This document shows, one piece after another, positions 61,995 through 64,000 of a DNA stretch of 64,000 bases. The stretch lies in contig NMRA01000410.1 in NCBI GenBank assembly GCA_002633005.1, positions 345,885 through 409,884 on the forward strand. Direction: 5' to 3'. The position numbers were made by a program, and so were the translations under genes. This DNA is from Phoronis australis. Taxonomy: Eukaryota; Animalia; Phoronida. A model generated the notes under the pieces. The model saw only the letters and a program-made list of their open reading frames with translations, was not told the DNA's origin and did not search any database. Position 1 is the first letter of the stretch, and every line of letters starts with the position of its first letter.

Positions 61995-64000
61995 CTGTTG
62001 TGTATCTTACTTTATCAAATAAAGTAGACACTCCATTAACTACGTAGTGAAACGAACAGAATTGAACTGAACACTGAACTGATTTATTCTACATATCACA
62101 ACAATATATATACACACAACTACATAACAACATATGATGCGTTACCTACGACACACTTCCTATACTAGGAATCGCATGACATAATACCAACTAAACTACT
62201 AAACTCATAAACAATAACAACCTACAAACATCCTGTTATTGTGACTAAGTACACAACAGTTACGCCTATTCCCAAGTAAAGTAGGGTATTCAATTGGCAT
62301 GTTGACTTACACCAGTGTGCTGAAATTGAAAAGAATTCCTCGAAAAACGTAAGACATATAACATTTTGAACGTTACATGACCTTTGCACTAATTGACCTG
62401 ATCCGGTGCATTTTAAGCATCTTTAGGAGAATTATTGCAAAGCCCATAAAAAATGTGTATAATGCTGAGAATCACAGTTGTCGAACGGTTGACACATCAG
62501 AATACTTGCTGATTGAATAGGTCAAAATTTCAGAAGAAAAATGCACCTAATGACCCCATGTTTGTACTAAATGACCTGAAACTTTGGATTCCGATTTGAT
62601 TTACCTGTGGCAATCAGACCTGTCAATTTGAAATGTTTAGCTAAAAATTTTAGTTTGCACCTAAGGACCTTTGACCTATTTCACCTGATTGGATGACCCG
62701 ATAACTTAGAAAAGTAAATTTTTAAATTGCCTTACTGACTTATACCTGTGCACCGAATTTGAAAAGAATAGCTTTAAAAATGAAGAAGCAGTAGCATTTT
62801 GAAAATTACATCAGATGATTGACGGTGGGTTTGTTTAAAAGGTAGCTATGCTTTGAGATTGTGCGTAGATGGAGAGTGAATAATCAAATCCTGTAATTAA
62901 TTTATTATATGATAACCCCTAATTAGACAAATGAAACCTATTGTTAATTAAGTAATCAACTACAAAGAGTAACTACGCTAGCGCCCTCTTTAAAGATTAT
63001 TTTAATCAAACAACCAAAACAATCTAATGTCTTATCTGCTATCCAAGCTATCTGTCCTGTTGGTGAATCTTCGAACTACACATACTGTATAGCGACAGTG
63101 TACTTGCTGGTCACCGTCTATGGTGATGCAACACTTGCAGGCATTTTCATCTACCCGCGGCTCTTCTTGCTGGTCACAGTCTCTGGCTGATGACGCAACA
63201 CTTCAGGTAGTACCTTACTACCCACAATGCAACTGACAAGCTCGTAGTTAACTTCCTGTTCGTTAACCCTTGCCCTTGCCAAGATTCTTTCTAGAATCTT
63301 TCACGAGATGGATCTGTCGTACAATTGCTCCTGTACACTGTAGCAAGTCTTTATGCTTCAACTACTATAGCGCATCTAATTATCTTGTTGATTTCAGCCC
63401 ATAATATAACATTCTACTTATTTAGTGATTGGCTAATAAAAACCACATGATCATATCCACTCGTATTATTGGCTGTTATAATTTGTTCTCAGACTATTCT
63501 AGAATCTCTAGAGTACTTTGACCCCAGAACCCAAAGTTCTAAACACCATCTAAAAATAGATTTCGACGTTAAAATACATGTCAACAAGTCTGACCCCATG
63601 ATTTAAAAGTACATATGCACAAATTTTGGGCAACTTAATAATTACTTAATCAATATTTATTCTGACAATGACCTTTGCACCAAATGACCTCTTCCGGTGC
63701 AATATGGAATATGATTATATAACGAATCAAAATTTATGTACTGCCAAAAATCACATGCAGAATTTAAAAAAACATACCTGCACCCATTTTAGAGTTATTA
63801 AGTATCAGTCCAGGGATCCACCGACCACAGTACAGCCAACAAGCGGCAAGGTGGGGGGTCAACCATCCAGATCCATGTTTAGTCTGATAAATCACATTAG
63901 GGATGAGAGAAAATGGGTGAAGTATGACACCACAAAGTTTGGTGGTTTAGGAGATACAAGGGAAGTGTTCTGGGGGGCAAAAAGAGGCAATTTCTTGGTG

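Larger units (their letters stand above)
57913..62258 (-). mobile_element. Gypsy/Ty3 LTR retrotransposon (Mag-like), decayed
   Basis: 263-bp TG...CA LTRs at 57913-58175 and 61996-62258 (5 mismatches seen by eye); TSD gttag/gttac; PBS TGGCGACGA next to the 5' LTR; PPT gtgagggagag next to the 3' LTR. Confidence 0.95.
54587..63805. repeat. Two tandem HINE-like repeat units (start aaactagaaagattattgtcacggcgtgacaataa) with internal tgacctttgacc subunits, interrupted by insertions
   Basis: Unit starts at ~54587 and ~57440 with the same near-palindrome; ~420-bp internal subrepeats; interrupted by the Kolobok-like element, the Gypsy element and an unclassified insert at ~62812-63665. Confidence 0.7.

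Overview
AT-rich, intron-rich eukaryotic (animal, probably marine invertebrate; taxon inferred) DNA with five single-'n' assembly joins (16979, 26727, 27380, 29586, 41082). The ORF track misses the main gene, so I rebuilt it from splice sites and reading phase. It is a ~31-kb minus-strand TNF-receptor-family death receptor (ATG 33533 to stop 2854). It encodes a signal peptide, four OPG/DcR3/DR6-like cysteine-rich domains, a TM helix, a cytoplasmic linker built from small symmetric phase-1 exons (one of them triplicated, with TRAF-like TxQE motifs), a complete death domain in three exons and a C-terminal TDV. Divergently oriented on + are the first recognisable exons of a KAP-family P-loop NTPase gene (42295-45255), whose next intron is filled with mobile DNA. 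That DNA includes a TSD-flanked LINE with a 2A-like (DVEENPGP) motif and one nonsense codon, a Harbinger-like MITE, tandem Helentron/HINE-like repeats, a Kolobok-like element and a decayed Gypsy LTR element. A tandem repeat carrying about 20 same-orientation CTCF-like motifs flanks the receptor's TM exon. All family assignments come from motif recognition by eye; no database searches were run.
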